Shown here piece after piece: positions 38,136 through 49,026 of a stretch of 64,000 nucleotides of DNA. The stretch's first letter is position 1, and each line of letters starts with the position of its first letter. Both the position numbers and the translations under genes were made by a program. Source of the DNA: a bacterium (GTDB lineage Bacteria > UBA8248 > JACPRG01 > G963555815); contig OZ244653.1 of NCBI GenBank assembly GCA_965218795.1, forward strand, positions 5,056,001-5,120,000, given 5' to 3'. A model generated the notes under the pieces. That model saw only the letters and a list, made by a program, of their open reading frames with translations, had not been told where the DNA came from and did not search any database.

Positions 38136-38968
38136 AAGAGGTCGCGCCGGGCGTGTTCGCCGAGACCGAATATCGCGGCTGCAACAACGGCTGCATCGTG
38201 ACGGAGGCGGGTCTCGTCCTGGTCGACCCACCGATGTGTCCGACGCACGCCCTCGACTGGAAGCGGGCCGCGGGCGGACTCGGCGAGATTCGGTTCCTCA
38301 TCAACACCGAGCACCACGGCGATCACGTGGGCGGCAACTTTTTCTTTCGGGAGGCGACCCTCGTCGCGCACGCCGTCACTCGGGAGAACACGCCGGAGGG
38401 CATCGGCACGCTGGCCTTCTGGAGAAGCCGGATGGAGGAAGCGGATCCGGAAGGTCTCCCCCTCCTCGAGGATTATGCGATCACCCTTCAGGACCTGACG
38501 TATGACGAAGGCATGACCCTGCATCTCGGGGGGAGGGAGATCCGGCTGATCCATAAGCCCGGCCACACCGGAGGCCAGACGCTGGTCTACCTGCCGGACG
38601 CGAGGGCGCTCCTGCCCGGGGACAACGTATGCAACGACTGGCCGCCGCTGCTGCAGTCGGGGGCGGCCGGACATTGGCTGGACTGCCTGGACTTTGTCGA
38701 GGCGATGGACGTGGATGCGATCGTGCCGGGGCACGGCGAGCCTTGCGGCAAGGAGGCGATTGCGCTCCTCCGCAGGGACATTCACGAGTTGATGAATCGC
38801 GTGCGGGACTGCATCGCCAAGGGCGCTTCGGAGGAAGAGACCCGATCGGCGGTTCCGTATGACCGTCGGTGGAGGTCCGTCCCGGAGGTTTTCCACGAGC
38901 GATACGCCATGCTGTTCGACAAGGGCGTCGGAAACCTCTACCGCGAGCTGGGCGGGGCCAAGGCGTGA
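38132..38968 (+). CDS. MBL-fold metallo-hydrolase (cyclase-like)
   Basis: NTEHHGDHVGGN, PGHT, GD, VPGHG. Confidence 0.88.
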   Translation: MKEVAPGVFAETEYRGCNNGCIVTEAGLVLVDPPMCPTHALDWKRAAGGLGEIRFLINTEHHGDHVGGNFFFREATLVAHAVTRENTPEGIGTLAFWRSRMEEADPEGLPLLEDYAITLQDLTYDEGMTLHLGGREIRLIHKPGHTGGQTLVYLPDARALLPGDNVCNDWPPLLQSGAAGHWLDCLDFVEAMDVDAIVPGHGEPCGKEAIALLRRDIHELMNRVRDCIAKGASEEETRSAVPYDRRWRSVPEVFHERYAMLFDKGVGNLYRELGGAKA

Positions 38969-39555
38969 ATCTGGAATCCGTCGACATCAACCGGATCTTC
39001 CGGGACGTGCGGGAGGTGGAGGAGTACAAGTCCCTCCGGTCGGCCTTTGCGCACCTGAACGCCCAGCGCGTGACGATGATGACCTACGCGCTGACGCTTT
39101 TCGGCGCCGTGCTCGGGTTTCTGATGCGGGGCCAGCCGCCGATTCCGTGGGAGTACAAGTCGCTCGTGCTCCTCCTCCTCCTTGGAGCCTTCGGCCTCAG
39201 CCAGCTTCGCTTCAGCCGGTACGCCTGCATGGTCGCGGCCTACCTCCAGGTCTATCACGAGAAGGACTCTCCCGCGCTGGGTTATCACACCCGAATGGGA
39301 AAGTTCGAGCCGTTTCGCCGCAGCATCCATTTGTACAACTACGCCGTGGTGTACACCGCCCTGGGGGTCGTCGCCGTAGGGCTGCCGCCCCTCATCTTCC
39401 AAGGGACCGGGACGCTTTTCACGCAAGGTTTGATCGGCGCGGTGACCGTGGCGTACTTCATCTTCAATGTACTCATGTACGGCCGCGAATTCCCCATCGT
39501 CGAGTACATCCGCGAGTGGGAGAAGGTGAGGGAACAGGAGGAAGCCGCGGCATGA
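38965..39555 (+). CDS. hypothetical 4-TM membrane protein
   Basis: GTG overlaps the upstream stop and its own stop overlaps the guaA ATG; four hydrophobic segments. Confidence 0.75.
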   Translation: MNLESVDINRIFRDVREVEEYKSLRSAFAHLNAQRVTMMTYALTLFGAVLGFLMRGQPPIPWEYKSLVLLLLLGAFGLSQLRFSRYACMVAAYLQVYHEKDSPALGYHTRMGKFEPFRRSIHLYNYAVVYTALGVVAVGLPPLIFQGTGTLFTQGLIGAVTVAYFIFNVLMYGREFPIVEYIREWEKVREQEEAAA

Positions 39556-41120
39556 GCTCCCGCGTTCTGGTTCTCGACTTCGGCTCGCAGTACACGCAGC
39601 TGATTGCCCGGCGTGTGCGGGAGCATCACGTCTACTGCGAAATCCTCCCCTGCACCGCCGGCCTGGATGAGGTGCGGGACTTCCAGCCGCAGGGGCTGAT
39701 CCTCAGCGGCGGCCCGTACAGCGTCTACGAATCGGATGCCCCCCCTTGTCCCCCCGACGTCCTGGAGATGGAGCTCCCGGTTCTGGGGATCTGCTACGGT
39801 CTCCAGTTCATGGCCCACCATCTGGGCGGAAAGGTCCACCCGGGCGCCAAACGGGAATACGGCCCGGCCGAGCTCGACCTCCTGAACGACAACGGACTGT
39901 TTCACGGCGTGGAGAGCCCGACCCACGTCTGGATGAGCCACGGGGACAAGCTGGACGCCTCCCCGCCGGGATTCCGGGTCATCGCTCGGACGGCCAACGC
40001 GCCCATCGCCGCCGTCGGCCACGGGGAGAGAAAGCTCTACGGGCTTCAGTTCCACCCCGAGGTCGTCCACACCCCGCAGGGCAAGACCATCCTGGGGAAT
40101 TTTCTGTTCGGGATCTGCGGGTGCCGGCCGGACTGGACCATGGCCTCCTTCATCGAGACCTCGCTGGAGGCCATCCGGGAGGAGATCGGCGAGGGCGGAA
40201 GCGTTCTCCTGGGACTGTCGGGCGGGGTGGACAGCGCGGCGGCGGCGGCGCTCCTCCACAGGGCCATCGGCGAGCGCCTCACGTGCATCTTCGTCGACAA
40301 CGGCCTGTTGCGGGAAGGCGAAGCGAAAAAGGTCCTTGCCCTGTTCGGGGACCGTTTCGGGTTTGACCTGAAATTCTCGGATTCGTCCGATCGATTTCTC
40401 GAGGCGCTGGCCGGCGTGACGGACCCCGAAGAGAAGCGAAAAATCATCGGCCGCGTTTTCATCGAAGTCTTTGACATGGTGGCTGAGGAGGCCGAGCGCG
40501 AACGCGCAGGAGGGCCCTGCCCTACGCCGGTCACCCACCTCGCCCAGGGGACCCTCTACCCCGACGTCATCGAGAGCGTTTCCTTCCGGGGCCCCTCAGC
40601 CACCATTAAATCTCACCACAACGTCGGCGGGCTGCCCGAGCGGATGGGGCTCGCGCTTCTCGAGCCGTTTCGTGAGCTCTTCAAGGACGAGGTTCGCGAG
40701 CTCGGGCGCGAGCTCGGCCTGCCCGACGAGATCATTCTCCGTCAGCCCTTTCCGGGTCCCGGTCTGGCGGTCCGGATCCTGGGGGAGATTACCCGCGAAA
40801 GGCTGGACGTTCTGCGCGGGGCCGATGCCGTCCTTTTGGAGGAGGTGCGCGCGGCCGGGCTGTACGAAAAGGCCTGGCAGACCTTCTGCGTCCTTCTTCC
40901 GGTGCGGACGGTGGGCGTGATGGGGGATTGCCGGACATATGAGAACGTCGTGGCCATTCGGGCCGTCACCAGCCTGGACGGGATGACGGCCGACTGGATG
41001 CGCCTGCCGGATGAGCTCCTGGCCCGGGTGTCGGGCCGAATCATCAACGAGGTCAAAGGAATCAACCGGGTCGTTCTCGACATCACATCCAAGCCCCCGG
41101 GTACGATAGAATGGGAGTGA
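39552..41120 (+). CDS. guaA: GMP synthase (glutamine-hydrolysing)
   Basis: LDFGSQYTQLIARR, GICYG, QFHPEV, SGGVDS, IKSHHNVGG, KPPGTIEWE. Confidence 0.97.
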   Translation: MSSRVLVLDFGSQYTQLIARRVREHHVYCEILPCTAGLDEVRDFQPQGLILSGGPYSVYESDAPPCPPDVLEMELPVLGICYGLQFMAHHLGGKVHPGAKREYGPAELDLLNDNGLFHGVESPTHVWMSHGDKLDASPPGFRVIARTANAPIAAVGHGERKLYGLQFHPEVVHTPQGKTILGNFLFGICGCRPDWTMASFIETSLEAIREEIGEGGSVLLGLSGGVDSAAAAALLHRAIGERLTCIFVDNGLLREGEAKKVLALFGDRFGFDLKFSDSSDRFLEALAGVTDPEEKRKIIGRVFIEVFDMVAEEAERERAGGPCPTPVTHLAQGTLYPDVIESVSFRGPSATIKSHHNVGGLPERMGLALLEPFRELFKDEVRELGRELGLPDEIILRQPFPGPGLAVRILGEITRERLDVLRGADAVLLEEVRAAGLYEKAWQTFCVLLPVRTVGVMGDCRTYENVVAIRAVTSLDGMTADWMRLPDELLARVSGRIINEVKGINRVVLDITSKPPGTIEWE

Positions 41121-41195
41121 GGCCGGCGCGGACGCCGGCCCCGGCCGGAGGCGCCGACGCATGGAACGTCGGATTCACTCATCTCAGGAGGGGGC

Positions 41196-41543
41196 ATGGA
41201 GTTTCTTTGGGCGGACGACGAAGCCGTCTTCATGATCAACGTGATCACCGTACCGGAAGCTGAGGCTGACGCCTACCTGGAACGGTGGGACGCCATGACG
41301 GATTACATGCGGCGACAGAAGGGGTTCATTCGGACCAACCTCTACCGCCGGTTCGACAACCCGGAGCGTTGGGTGAACGTCGCCGTGTTTGAATCCACCG
41401 AAGCGATCCGCGCGGCCTTCTCCACCGAGGAGTTCGACCGCCTGTCGGAGGGCTTTCCGGGATACCGGGACATCGGGGTCTACGCGCGGGTTCGCTCCGC
41501 CGAGCATGCTGAGAATATTCACACCGAAAGGCCGTATCCTTGA
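41196..41543 (+). CDS. antibiotic biosynthesis monooxygenase (ABM) family protein
   Basis: INVITV..W..M..QKGFI.T.L....VNVAVFES. Confidence 0.75.
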   Translation: MEFLWADDEAVFMINVITVPEAEADAYLERWDAMTDYMRRQKGFIRTNLYRRFDNPERWVNVAVFESTEAIRAAFSTEEFDRLSEGFPGYRDIGVYARVRSAEHAENIHTERPYP

Positions 41544-44500
41544 AGCGCGCCGATTTCTGTCACCTTCATCTTCACACCCAGTACAGTCTGCTGGACGGGG
41601 CCAACCGGCTCGACTCCCTGATGAAGAAGGCGGAGGCCCAGAAGCTGCCGGCCCTGGCCGTCACCGACCACGGCAACCTCTTCGGCGCGGTCAAGTTCTA
41701 CAAAAAGGCGCTTGATCACGGCATCAAGCCCATTCTCGGGTGCGAGCTCTACATCGCCCAGGGGAGCCGGTTCGACCGGACGCCGCCCTCGGGCGACGGA
41801 GCCGTGGGGCTCAATCACCAGCTCCTTCTCGCCATGGACGAGAAGGGCTACCGGAACCTCCTCGCCCTCGTCAGCAAGAGTCATCTGGAGAGCTTCTACT
41901 ACAAACCCCGCATCGACCGGGACCTGCTGGAGGAACACGCCGAGGGTCTCATCGCGACGACCTCGTGTCTCAACGGCCCGGTGCCGCAGGCGCTCCTACA
42001 GGAGAATGAGGAGCTTGCGGAGAGGACCGCGCGGAATTTCGCCGAGCTGTTCGAGGGGCGGTACTACGTCGAGCTTCAGGACCACGGCCTGGAGGAGCAG
42101 AAACGAGTCCTCCCGGGGCTCGTGGCCCTGGCCCGGAAGCTCGACCTTCCCATGATCGCCTCCAACGACTGTCACTACCTCGATGCCGGCGACGCCTTCG
42201 CCCATGAAGTTCTCTTGTGCATCCAGACGGGAAAGACCATCAATGACGCCAATCGGTGGCGGTTCCAGACCGACCAGCTCTACGTGAAGACCCCGGAAGA
42301 AATGGCCGGCGTTTTCTCGGACTTTCCCGAGGCCCTGCAGAATACCGTCAAGGTCGCCGAACGCTGCAACGTCGAGCTGGAGTTCGGTGGACGCCACCTG
42401 CCTCATTACCGGACGCCGGACGGCAGCAGTCTGGACGACTTCGTTGACCGGCTCGCCCGGATCGGCCTGGAGCGGAGACTGGAATCCAAAGGCCTCGCGC
42501 CGGGCGTCTCGCGTTCGGAATATGAGGAACGGCTGGCGTTCGAGCTGACGATGATCCGGAAGATGGGATTTTCCGGGTACTTTCTGATCGTTTGGGATTT
42601 CATCGACCACGCCCGCAAACGGTCCATTCCCGTCGGGCCGGGCCGAGGGTCGGCCGCGGGCAGCCTGGTCGCTTATTCACTGGGGATCACCGGCCTCGAC
42701 CCCATCCGGTACCGTCTGCTGTTCGAGCGATTCCTCAATCCCGAGCGCGTCTCCATGCCCGACATCGACATCGATTTCTGCATGGAGCGGCGGGACGAGG
42801 TGATCGAGTACGTCAACGAGAACTTCAGCCGAGAGAACGTAGCCCAGATCATCACGTTCGGCAGCATGATGGCCAAGGGCGTCATCCGCGATGTCGGACG
42901 GGCGATGGACATCCCCTACGGGGAGGTGGACCGGATTGCCAAGCTCGTTCCCGGTCGCCTGAACATCACGCTCGACGAGGCGCTGAAAGAGGAGCCCCGC
43001 CTTCGGGAGATGAGCGAGAGCGAACCCAGGGTGGAAGAACTGGTCAAGACCGCCCGAACCCTGGAGGGACTCTCCCGCCACGCCAGCACACACGCCGCCG
43101 GGGTCGTGATCGCCCCGCGCCCGCTGATGGAGATCGTCCCATTGTCAAGGGGCGCCAACGGCGAGACGGTCACCCAGTTCGACATGAACGACGTGGAATC
43201 CCTGGGTCTGCTGAAGATGGATTTCCTGGGCCTCAAGACCCTGACCGTCCTGCGGAAGGCCGAGGAGATGATTCGAGCCGGTGACGCCGAGACGATGGGG
43301 AAGCCGGATTTCGACGTCGAGAGGGTCCCGCTCGACGATTCTGAGACGTTCCGCGTTTTCCGTGAGGGCCGCACGGCCGGTATCTTCCAGTGTGAAAGCC
43401 GGGGGATGCGGGAAGTCCTCCGGAAGATGAAGCCCTCCACCTTCGAGGACATCATCGCCGCCGTCGCCCTGTACCGGCCGGGTCCGCTGGGCAGCGGGAT
43501 GGTGGACGACTACATCCACCGCAAGCAGGGGAAATCCCCCATCGACTATGAGCTTCCCGAACTTGAGCCCATCCTTCAGGAGACCTACGGAATCATCGTC
43601 TACCAGGAACAGGTGATGCAGATCGCCAGCGCGCTGGCCGGATTCAGCCTGGGGGAGGCCGACTTGCTGCGCCGGGCGATGGGAAAAAAGAAACCCGAGG
43701 AGATGGCCCGCCAGGAGGAGAATTTTCGAAAAGGGTGCGCGGAGCGGGACGTGCCGGCCGACAAGGCCAAGCGCATCTTCGAGCTGATGGCCTATTTCGC
43801 GGGTTATGGATTCAACAAATCCCACAGCGCGGCCTACGGCCTCGTGGCCTATTGGACGGCCTACCTGAAACATCATTACCCGCGCCAGTTCATGGCCGCC
43901 CTGCTCACCTGCGATATGGACAACACCGACAAGGTGGTGAAGAACATCGCCGAATGCAGGGACATGGGAATCCCCATCCTGCCGCCCGACATCAACAAAA
44001 GCGGCAAGCAGTTCACGGTCCACGAGGGCGGCATCCGCTTCGGGCTTGCGGCGATCAAGAACGTGGGGGCCGGGGCCGTGGACGAGATGCTCCGGGCCCG
44101 AGAGGACCGCGGTCCCTTCGAATCCCTGCTTGCGTTCACCCGAAGGGTGGATCTGCGGCAGATCAACCGGCGGGCGCTCGAGAGCCTCATCAAGTGCGGG
44201 GCGTTCGACTCCACGGGGGCGCGCCGAGCTCAGCTGATGGCGGTCCTGGACACCGCCCTTGAGCGGGCCGCCCAGGCCCAGCAGGACCGGATCACGGGCC
44301 AGGCGCATCTCTTCGGAGGGGAAGAGGAAGCCGAGACCGAAAATCCGTCCCTTCCGATGGTCCAGGAATGGGAAGAGAAAGAGCGGCTGACGCATGAGAG
44401 GGATGCGCTTGGATTCTTCATCACGGGCCATCCGCTTTCGCGCTTCGAACGGGAGGCGAAGTTACTGGCGACGGCGACGACGGCGGGTCTGTCGGAGGTC

Positions 44501-45013
44501 AATGGAAGCCGAAAGGTCCGGATGTGCGGTGTGGTCAACGCGCTCAAGGTTCAGACCACGCGCCGGGGTGATCTGATGGCCCGGTTCAATCTGGAAGATC
44601 TGGAAGGCGTGGCCGAGGTGATTGTTTTCCCCGAATGTTATCGGGATTCCTCGGAGACCTTGGACAGCGATGAGCCGATCCTCCTTTCCGGGACCATCGA
44701 TCCGGGGGAGAACGGAGTCGTCGTCAAGGCCGAGAAGATTGTTTTGCTTTCCGGAGCCGCGAAAAAACTGGGCCGGGGGATCCTGATCCGATTGCCGGCG
44801 GGGGGGAAGAGCCGCGAATGGATGCGGGCCCATCTGATTGATCTGAAGGAGATCCTGGAGGAGCACCGCGGCACGACGCCCTTGAGCCTCCAGTTCGATT
44901 TCGACGGTCGCGTGGAGACCCGTCGCTACCGGCACTTCGGGGTGGACCCCTCGGGGGAGATGATCGAGCGGGTCGAAAGCCTCTTGGGAAAGCGGTCCGT
45001 CCGGTTGGAATAG
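41540..45013 (+). CDS. dnaE: DNA polymerase III alpha subunit
   Basis: HLHLHTQYSLLDG, GPGRGSAAGS, PDIDIDF, YGFNKSH. Confidence 0.97.
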   Translation: MKRADFCHLHLHTQYSLLDGANRLDSLMKKAEAQKLPALAVTDHGNLFGAVKFYKKALDHGIKPILGCELYIAQGSRFDRTPPSGDGAVGLNHQLLLAMDEKGYRNLLALVSKSHLESFYYKPRIDRDLLEEHAEGLIATTSCLNGPVPQALLQENEELAERTARNFAELFEGRYYVELQDHGLEEQKRVLPGLVALARKLDLPMIASNDCHYLDAGDAFAHEVLLCIQTGKTINDANRWRFQTDQLYVKTPEEMAGVFSDFPEALQNTVKVAERCNVELEFGGRHLPHYRTPDGSSLDDFVDRLARIGLERRLESKGLAPGVSRSEYEERLAFELTMIRKMGFSGYFLIVWDFIDHARKRSIPVGPGRGSAAGSLVAYSLGITGLDPIRYRLLFERFLNPERVSMPDIDIDFCMERRDEVIEYVNENFSRENVAQIITFGSMMAKGVIRDVGRAMDIPYGEVDRIAKLVPGRLNITLDEALKEEPRLREMSESEPRVEELVKTARTLEGLSRHASTHAAGVVIAPRPLMEIVPLSRGANGETVTQFDMNDVESLGLLKMDFLGLKTLTVLRKAEEMIRAGDAETMGKPDFDVERVPLDDSETFRVFREGRTAGIFQCESRGMREVLRKMKPSTFEDIIAAVALYRPGPLGSGMVDDYIHRKQGKSPIDYELPELEPILQETYGIIVYQEQVMQIASALAGFSLGEADLLRRAMGKKKPEEMARQEENFRKGCAERDVPADKAKRIFELMAYFAGYGFNKSHSAAYGLVAYWTAYLKHHYPRQFMAALLTCDMDNTDKVVKNIAECRDMGIPILPPDINKSGKQFTVHEGGIRFGLAAIKNVGAGAVDEMLRAREDRGPFESLLAFTRRVDLRQINRRALESLIKCGAFDSTGARRAQLMAVLDTALERAAQAQQDRITGQAHLFGGEEEAETENPSLPMVQEWEEKERLTHERDALGFFITGHPLSRFEREAKLLATATTAGLSEVNGSRKVRMCGVVNALKVQTTRRGDLMARFNLEDLEGVAEVIVFPECYRDSSETLDSDEPILLSGTIDPGENGVVVKAEKIVLLSGAAKKLGRGILIRLPAGGKSREWMRAHLIDLKEILEEHRGTTPLSLQFDFDGRVETRRYRHFGVDPSGEMIERVESLLGKRSVRLE

Positions 45014-45131
45014 CCGTCTTCGGCTCTTCGCCTGCGTCGACCGGCGTGCTGTCGGTTTGAGCTTCGGCCAAACGCCCAGGTGCGCCCGCTTTGCTGGACT
45101 GCCCCATCCTTGTGGTTTAATCTGACTCATT

Positions 45132-46373
45132 ATGTCCAACGTCCTGGCCGTCATCATGGGAGGTGGGCGGGGTACCCGCCTGTATCCGCTGACCAAAGTC
45201 CGGAGCAAGCCGGCAGTCCCTTTGGGGGGGAAGTACCGTCTGATCGACATCACGATCAGCAACTGCCTCAATTCCGGATATCGGAAGGTATTCGTCCTCA
45301 CCCAGTTTCAGTCGGCTTCCCTGAACAGCCACATCACGGGCACGTATCGGTTCGACCCCTTCGCTCCCGGATTCGTCGAGATTCTCGCCGCCGAGCAGAC
45401 CGATGAAAGCCAGGAATGGTATCAGGGAACGGCCGACGCGATCCGGAAGCACCTCCATCGCCTGCTGGACCCGCCCCACGATTTCTATCTGATTCTTTCG
45501 GGTGATCACCTGTACCGCATGGACTATGGGGACATGGTGCAGCAACATGAGAGAACCGGCGCCGATGTGACGGTGGGGGTATATGCGGTCACCCGTGAGG
45601 CGGCCAAGGAATTTGGTATCATGCGGCTGGCCCCGGGCGGCCGGATCATCGGGTTTGTGGAAAAGCCGAACGATCCAATGGTGCTGGACGACCTGGAACT
45701 CCCGGAGAGCGATCCGCTCGTTCAAGGTCAACGCGATCGGACCCGGCGTTTTCCTGGGTCCATGGGGATTTATGTTTTCAGTCGGATGGCGCTGGAGAAT
45801 GCACTCGGGAGTATGACCGAGTGGGATTTCGGCAGGCACATCATTCCGGGTCTGTTGGACCGGATGCGCGTCATGAGTTATCCATTCCAAGGGTATTGGG
45901 AAGACATTGGAACGATTCGGGCATTCTATGAAGCAAACCTCCGGCTCACTCAGCCCGACCCGCCTTTCTGGTTCTACGAAGCCGCCGCTCCAATCTATAC
46001 CCGGCCCCGCTACCTTTCACCAACCCGGATCGCGGACTGCAGGGTTTCGGACTCCCTCATCGCGGATGGGTGCTTTCTCGAGGGGGCGGAGGTCAGCCAT
46101 TCGATACTGGGGATCCGAAGCGCGGTTCGGAGGGGATCCCGTATGCTCCGCACGATCGTGATGGGAAGGGAATCGTTTCAGGGCCAGGGGGGGATCGGAG
46201 AGGATTGCACGATCGAAGGGGCGATCCTGGATCTGAACGCCCAAATCGGCGAAGGAGTCGAGATCCGCGGGCGCCCGGATCGACCGGATGAGGACGGCGA
46301 AAGCTATGTCGTCCGGGATGGTATCGTCGTCGTTCCAAAAAATTCGAAAATCCCGGCGGGGACGAAGATTTAA
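45132..46373 (+). CDS. glgC: glucose-1-phosphate adenylyltransferase
   Basis: [52 protein letters not shown]. Confidence 0.95.
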   Translation: MSNVLAVIMGGGRGTRLYPLTKVRSKPAVPLGGKYRLIDITISNCLNSGYRKVFVLTQFQSASLNSHITGTYRFDPFAPGFVEILAAEQTDESQEWYQGTADAIRKHLHRLLDPPHDFYLILSGDHLYRMDYGDMVQQHERTGADVTVGVYAVTREAAKEFGIMRLAPGGRIIGFVEKPNDPMVLDDLELPESDPLVQGQRDRTRRFPGSMGIYVFSRMALENALGSMTEWDFGRHIIPGLLDRMRVMSYPFQGYWEDIGTIRAFYEANLRLTQPDPPFWFYEAAAPIYTRPRYLSPTRIADCRVSDSLIADGCFLEGAEVSHSILGIRSAVRRGSRMLRTIVMGRESFQGQGGIGEDCTIEGAILDLNAQIGEGVEIRGRPDRPDEDGESYVVRDGIVVVPKNSKIPAGTKI

Positions 46374-47128
46374 TGACGCCAGGAGGCAGAAGCCGGACAA
46401 TCGTTTGGGAGATGCTGGGACGCGTGGACTACGAGCCCGCCGAAGCGCTCCAGCACCGTCTGCGCGAGGAGCGCATCGCCGGCCGGATACCCGACATGCT
46501 CCTCCTGCTGGAGCATCCCCCCGTCCTGACCATCGGGCGGGGCGGAAACGCCGAAAACATCCTCGCCTCTGCTGAAACCCTCAGCGCCCTGGGTATCCGA
46601 ACGCATATGATCGGCCGGGGGGGAGACGTGACCTATCACGGACCGGGGCAGATCGTCGGCTATCCCATCATGGACCTGCGAGACAAAGGGCGAGACGTAC
46701 ACCGCTACCTTCGTCGTTTGGAAGATGTTTTCATCAGGCTCCTGGCAGGGCGGGGCATTGCGGGACATCGGGTGCGGGGGGCCACCGGCGTATGGGTAGG
46801 CGACAGGAAGATCCTGGCCATCGGGATTGGGGTCCGAAAATGGGTGACCCTCCATGGATTCGCCTTCAACGTGTCCCCGGATCTGAGGCATTTTCAGCTG
46901 ATTCGGCCCTGCGGGTTTGAAGCGGAGCAGGTGACCTCTCTCGCTGATTTGAAACAACGGGATGAACTCTGGCAAGATTCCGAATGGGATCTCGCCGGGT
47001 TGGCAGGCGAGATTGTCCACGCGTTCTCGGGCGCGTTTGAGCTCAAGCCGGTCAGGGTGTGTGAATCAGGTGGCGACGTATGGGAGATCATCCGTCCTTA
47101 TTTCGTGGAGGAGGCGGCCGTCGATTAA
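46373..47128 (+). CDS. lipB: octanoyltransferase
   Basis: LEHPPVLTIGR, RGGDVTYHGPGQ, HGFAFNV, PCG. Confidence 0.95.
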   Translation: MTPGGRSRTIVWEMLGRVDYEPAEALQHRLREERIAGRIPDMLLLLEHPPVLTIGRGGNAENILASAETLSALGIRTHMIGRGGDVTYHGPGQIVGYPIMDLRDKGRDVHRYLRRLEDVFIRLLAGRGIAGHRVRGATGVWVGDRKILAIGIGVRKWVTLHGFAFNVSPDLRHFQLIRPCGFEAEQVTSLADLKQRDELWQDSEWDLAGLAGEIVHAFSGAFELKPVRVCESGGDVWEIIRPYFVEEAAVD

Positions 47129-47216
47129 GTCCGTTGTCGGAGACCGTGCATGTCATCGAGCCAGCCGCATCGACACTGTTGGATAAGAGAATGAGTCACG
47201 CCAAGCGAGGTGAACT

Positions 47217-48113
47217 TTGAATCGTCGACCCGCAAATCGAATGCCCGGGCCGTTTCGGTTTCCATTCTGGGTACTGGCAGTGGGGATGGCCTTCGCCGTG
47301 ACGGCGGTATTGGCGGCGGAAGCCTTGGGGCTCGAGATCGACGTGATTCGATCACAGATTCTGGGCGTGGAGATGAAGGACATTCCGCTGAAGGCCTGGA
47401 CCCTGATCCGTCGCGGCGGACCGGCCATGTATCCCATCATCCTTTGTTCCATCCTGGCGCTCGGGGTGTTTTTCGAACGGTCCGTCAATCTCAGGCGGAA
47501 ACGCATCATCCATCAGGATTTCCTCTCCGACATCCGGCGTTTTTGGACACGGCGGGACGTGAATCAGGCCCTCCAGCTGTGCTGGGCCCACGACATTTCG
47601 ATTTCCCGTATCCTGCGGGCGGGACTTTTACGCCACCGCATCTCCCTGGCGGATATGGAGCGGGCCATCGAGGCGGCGGGACAGCACGAGATCTCTCTGC
47701 TGACGTCCAACCTGCGAGCTCTGGGCGTCGTGGCCAACCTGACGCCCATGCTCGGTCTGCTCGGCACCGTCATCGGGATGATCAAGGCCTTTACCGCCAT
47801 CTCCCAAAGCGGAACGGGCAACCCGGGACTGGTGGCGACGGGGATTTCCGAGGCGCTCTTGACCACGGCGGCCGGTCTCATTGTGGGGATTCCCTCCCTG
47901 GCGGCGTACCATTACTTTCGAGCCAAGATTGACCGCTACGTCTATGAGATGGAACACATCAGTCTGGAAATCCTGGAAGATGTGAGCCGTGAGCATGTGT
48001 CAGAAGATGGCCTGTTGCCTGCCGAGTCGACCGCAGCGGCGGCGGAAAAGCCGACGGAATCCGAGCGATGGGGCGAGGAAACCCCCGGTGGGGGAGGCGA
48101 CCGTGCGATTTGA
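47217..48113 (+). CDS. exbB: MotA/TolQ/ExbB proton channel protein
   Basis: PMLGLLGTVIGMI, GISEALLTTAAGL. Confidence 0.88.
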   Translation: MNRRPANRMPGPFRFPFWVLAVGMAFAVTAVLAAEALGLEIDVIRSQILGVEMKDIPLKAWTLIRRGGPAMYPIILCSILALGVFFERSVNLRRKRIIHQDFLSDIRRFWTRRDVNQALQLCWAHDISISRILRAGLLRHRISLADMERAIEAAGQHEISLLTSNLRALGVVANLTPMLGLLGTVIGMIKAFTAISQSGTGNPGLVATGISEALLTTAAGLIVGIPSLAAYHYFRAKIDRYVYEMEHISLEILEDVSREHVSEDGLLPAESTAAAAEKPTESERWGEETPGGGGDRAI

Positions 48114-48510
48114 CATAAGCTCGGAGGAAGACTTCAGCCTTTCGCTCACTTCGTTGATCGATGTCGTCTTTCTTCTGCTGATCTTCTTTATGGTTTCCAC
48201 GACATTCATCGATTTCAGCCGCAGGCTGGACATCCGTCTCCCGGAAGCCAAGGCGGGATCCGTGACCGGGGAGCGGGCCCGGCAGTTCCTGATTGAAGTC
48301 GGAAAGGACGGCCGGATCACCCTGAACGGAAAAGATGTGAGCCTGCCCCTGCTGGAGCGTCGATTGGAGGCGTCCCGCGGGACGGAAGGACGGACCGCCC
48401 TCGTCCGCGCGGACCGGAGTCTCCCCTATGGGTTGATTATCCGGGTGATGGGTCTCTGCCGCGCCGCGGGCATCGAAGACATCGGCGTTGCCGTCAAAGG
48501 GGACGGATGA
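48103..48510 (+). CDS. exbD: biopolymer transporter ExbD/TolR
   Basis: LTSLIDVVFLLLIFFMVSTTF, RAD..Y. Confidence 0.9.
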   Translation: MRFDISSEEDFSLSLTSLIDVVFLLLIFFMVSTTFIDFSRRLDIRLPEAKAGSVTGERARQFLIEVGKDGRITLNGKDVSLPLLERRLEASRGTEGRTALVRADRSLPYGLIIRVMGLCRAAGIEDIGVAVKGDG

Positions 48511-48930
48511 AAACAGGGGGGCCTCCTGGCGTTTGTCGGGCTGGGAATCCTGACGGGGCTCCTTCTCACCATTTTGGAATGGTCGATTCTACTTTTCGGA
48601 TGGCTGGGCCCGGAGCGAATGCGCGGCTCGATGGCTTCGGGCTATGGATGAGCTCGCTCCTGATGGACCTCCCGCTGTGGACAATTGTCTCCCTCTTGTT
48701 TCTTGGGGTTGGCAGACTGATTCGCCGAAAAGGCGGAAATGAAATCACTTGGAGCGGTGTTTGAGCTGGTTGGCTCACGGTCGCAACTCTTGCCTTTTGT
48801 TTCGAACATATCGGTTGGGTCGATCTCGACCTCGCCTCCCGGGTTTTCTCCTCGTTCGGCCGCCTTCCGTATCTTGTGCTGTGGGTCCTCCTAATCAACA
48901 GGGTTCATGGCGCTCCAAGTCGCCATTGAA
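48507..48930 (+). pseudogene. degraded membrane-protein gene
   Basis: Hydrophobic segments spread over two frames (GLLAFVGLGILTGLLLTILEW; LMDLPLWTIVSLLFLG) with an internal stop. Confidence 0.45.
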
Positions 48931-49026
48931 GAAGTGCGTCGATGAGATCACCGCTTCGGGCGGCATCGATTTCAATTTCACGAGAACGAGGGACGCCGGC
49001 GCGTTCCCGGAAAGAAGGGAATCCCT

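Noticed and set aside
38859-39551. Long N-terminal extensions of guaA (also leuA, amidohydrolase, antiporter)
   Set aside because: Low-complexity open-frame run-ons that overlap other genes or intergenic DNA; homology starts at internal ATGs
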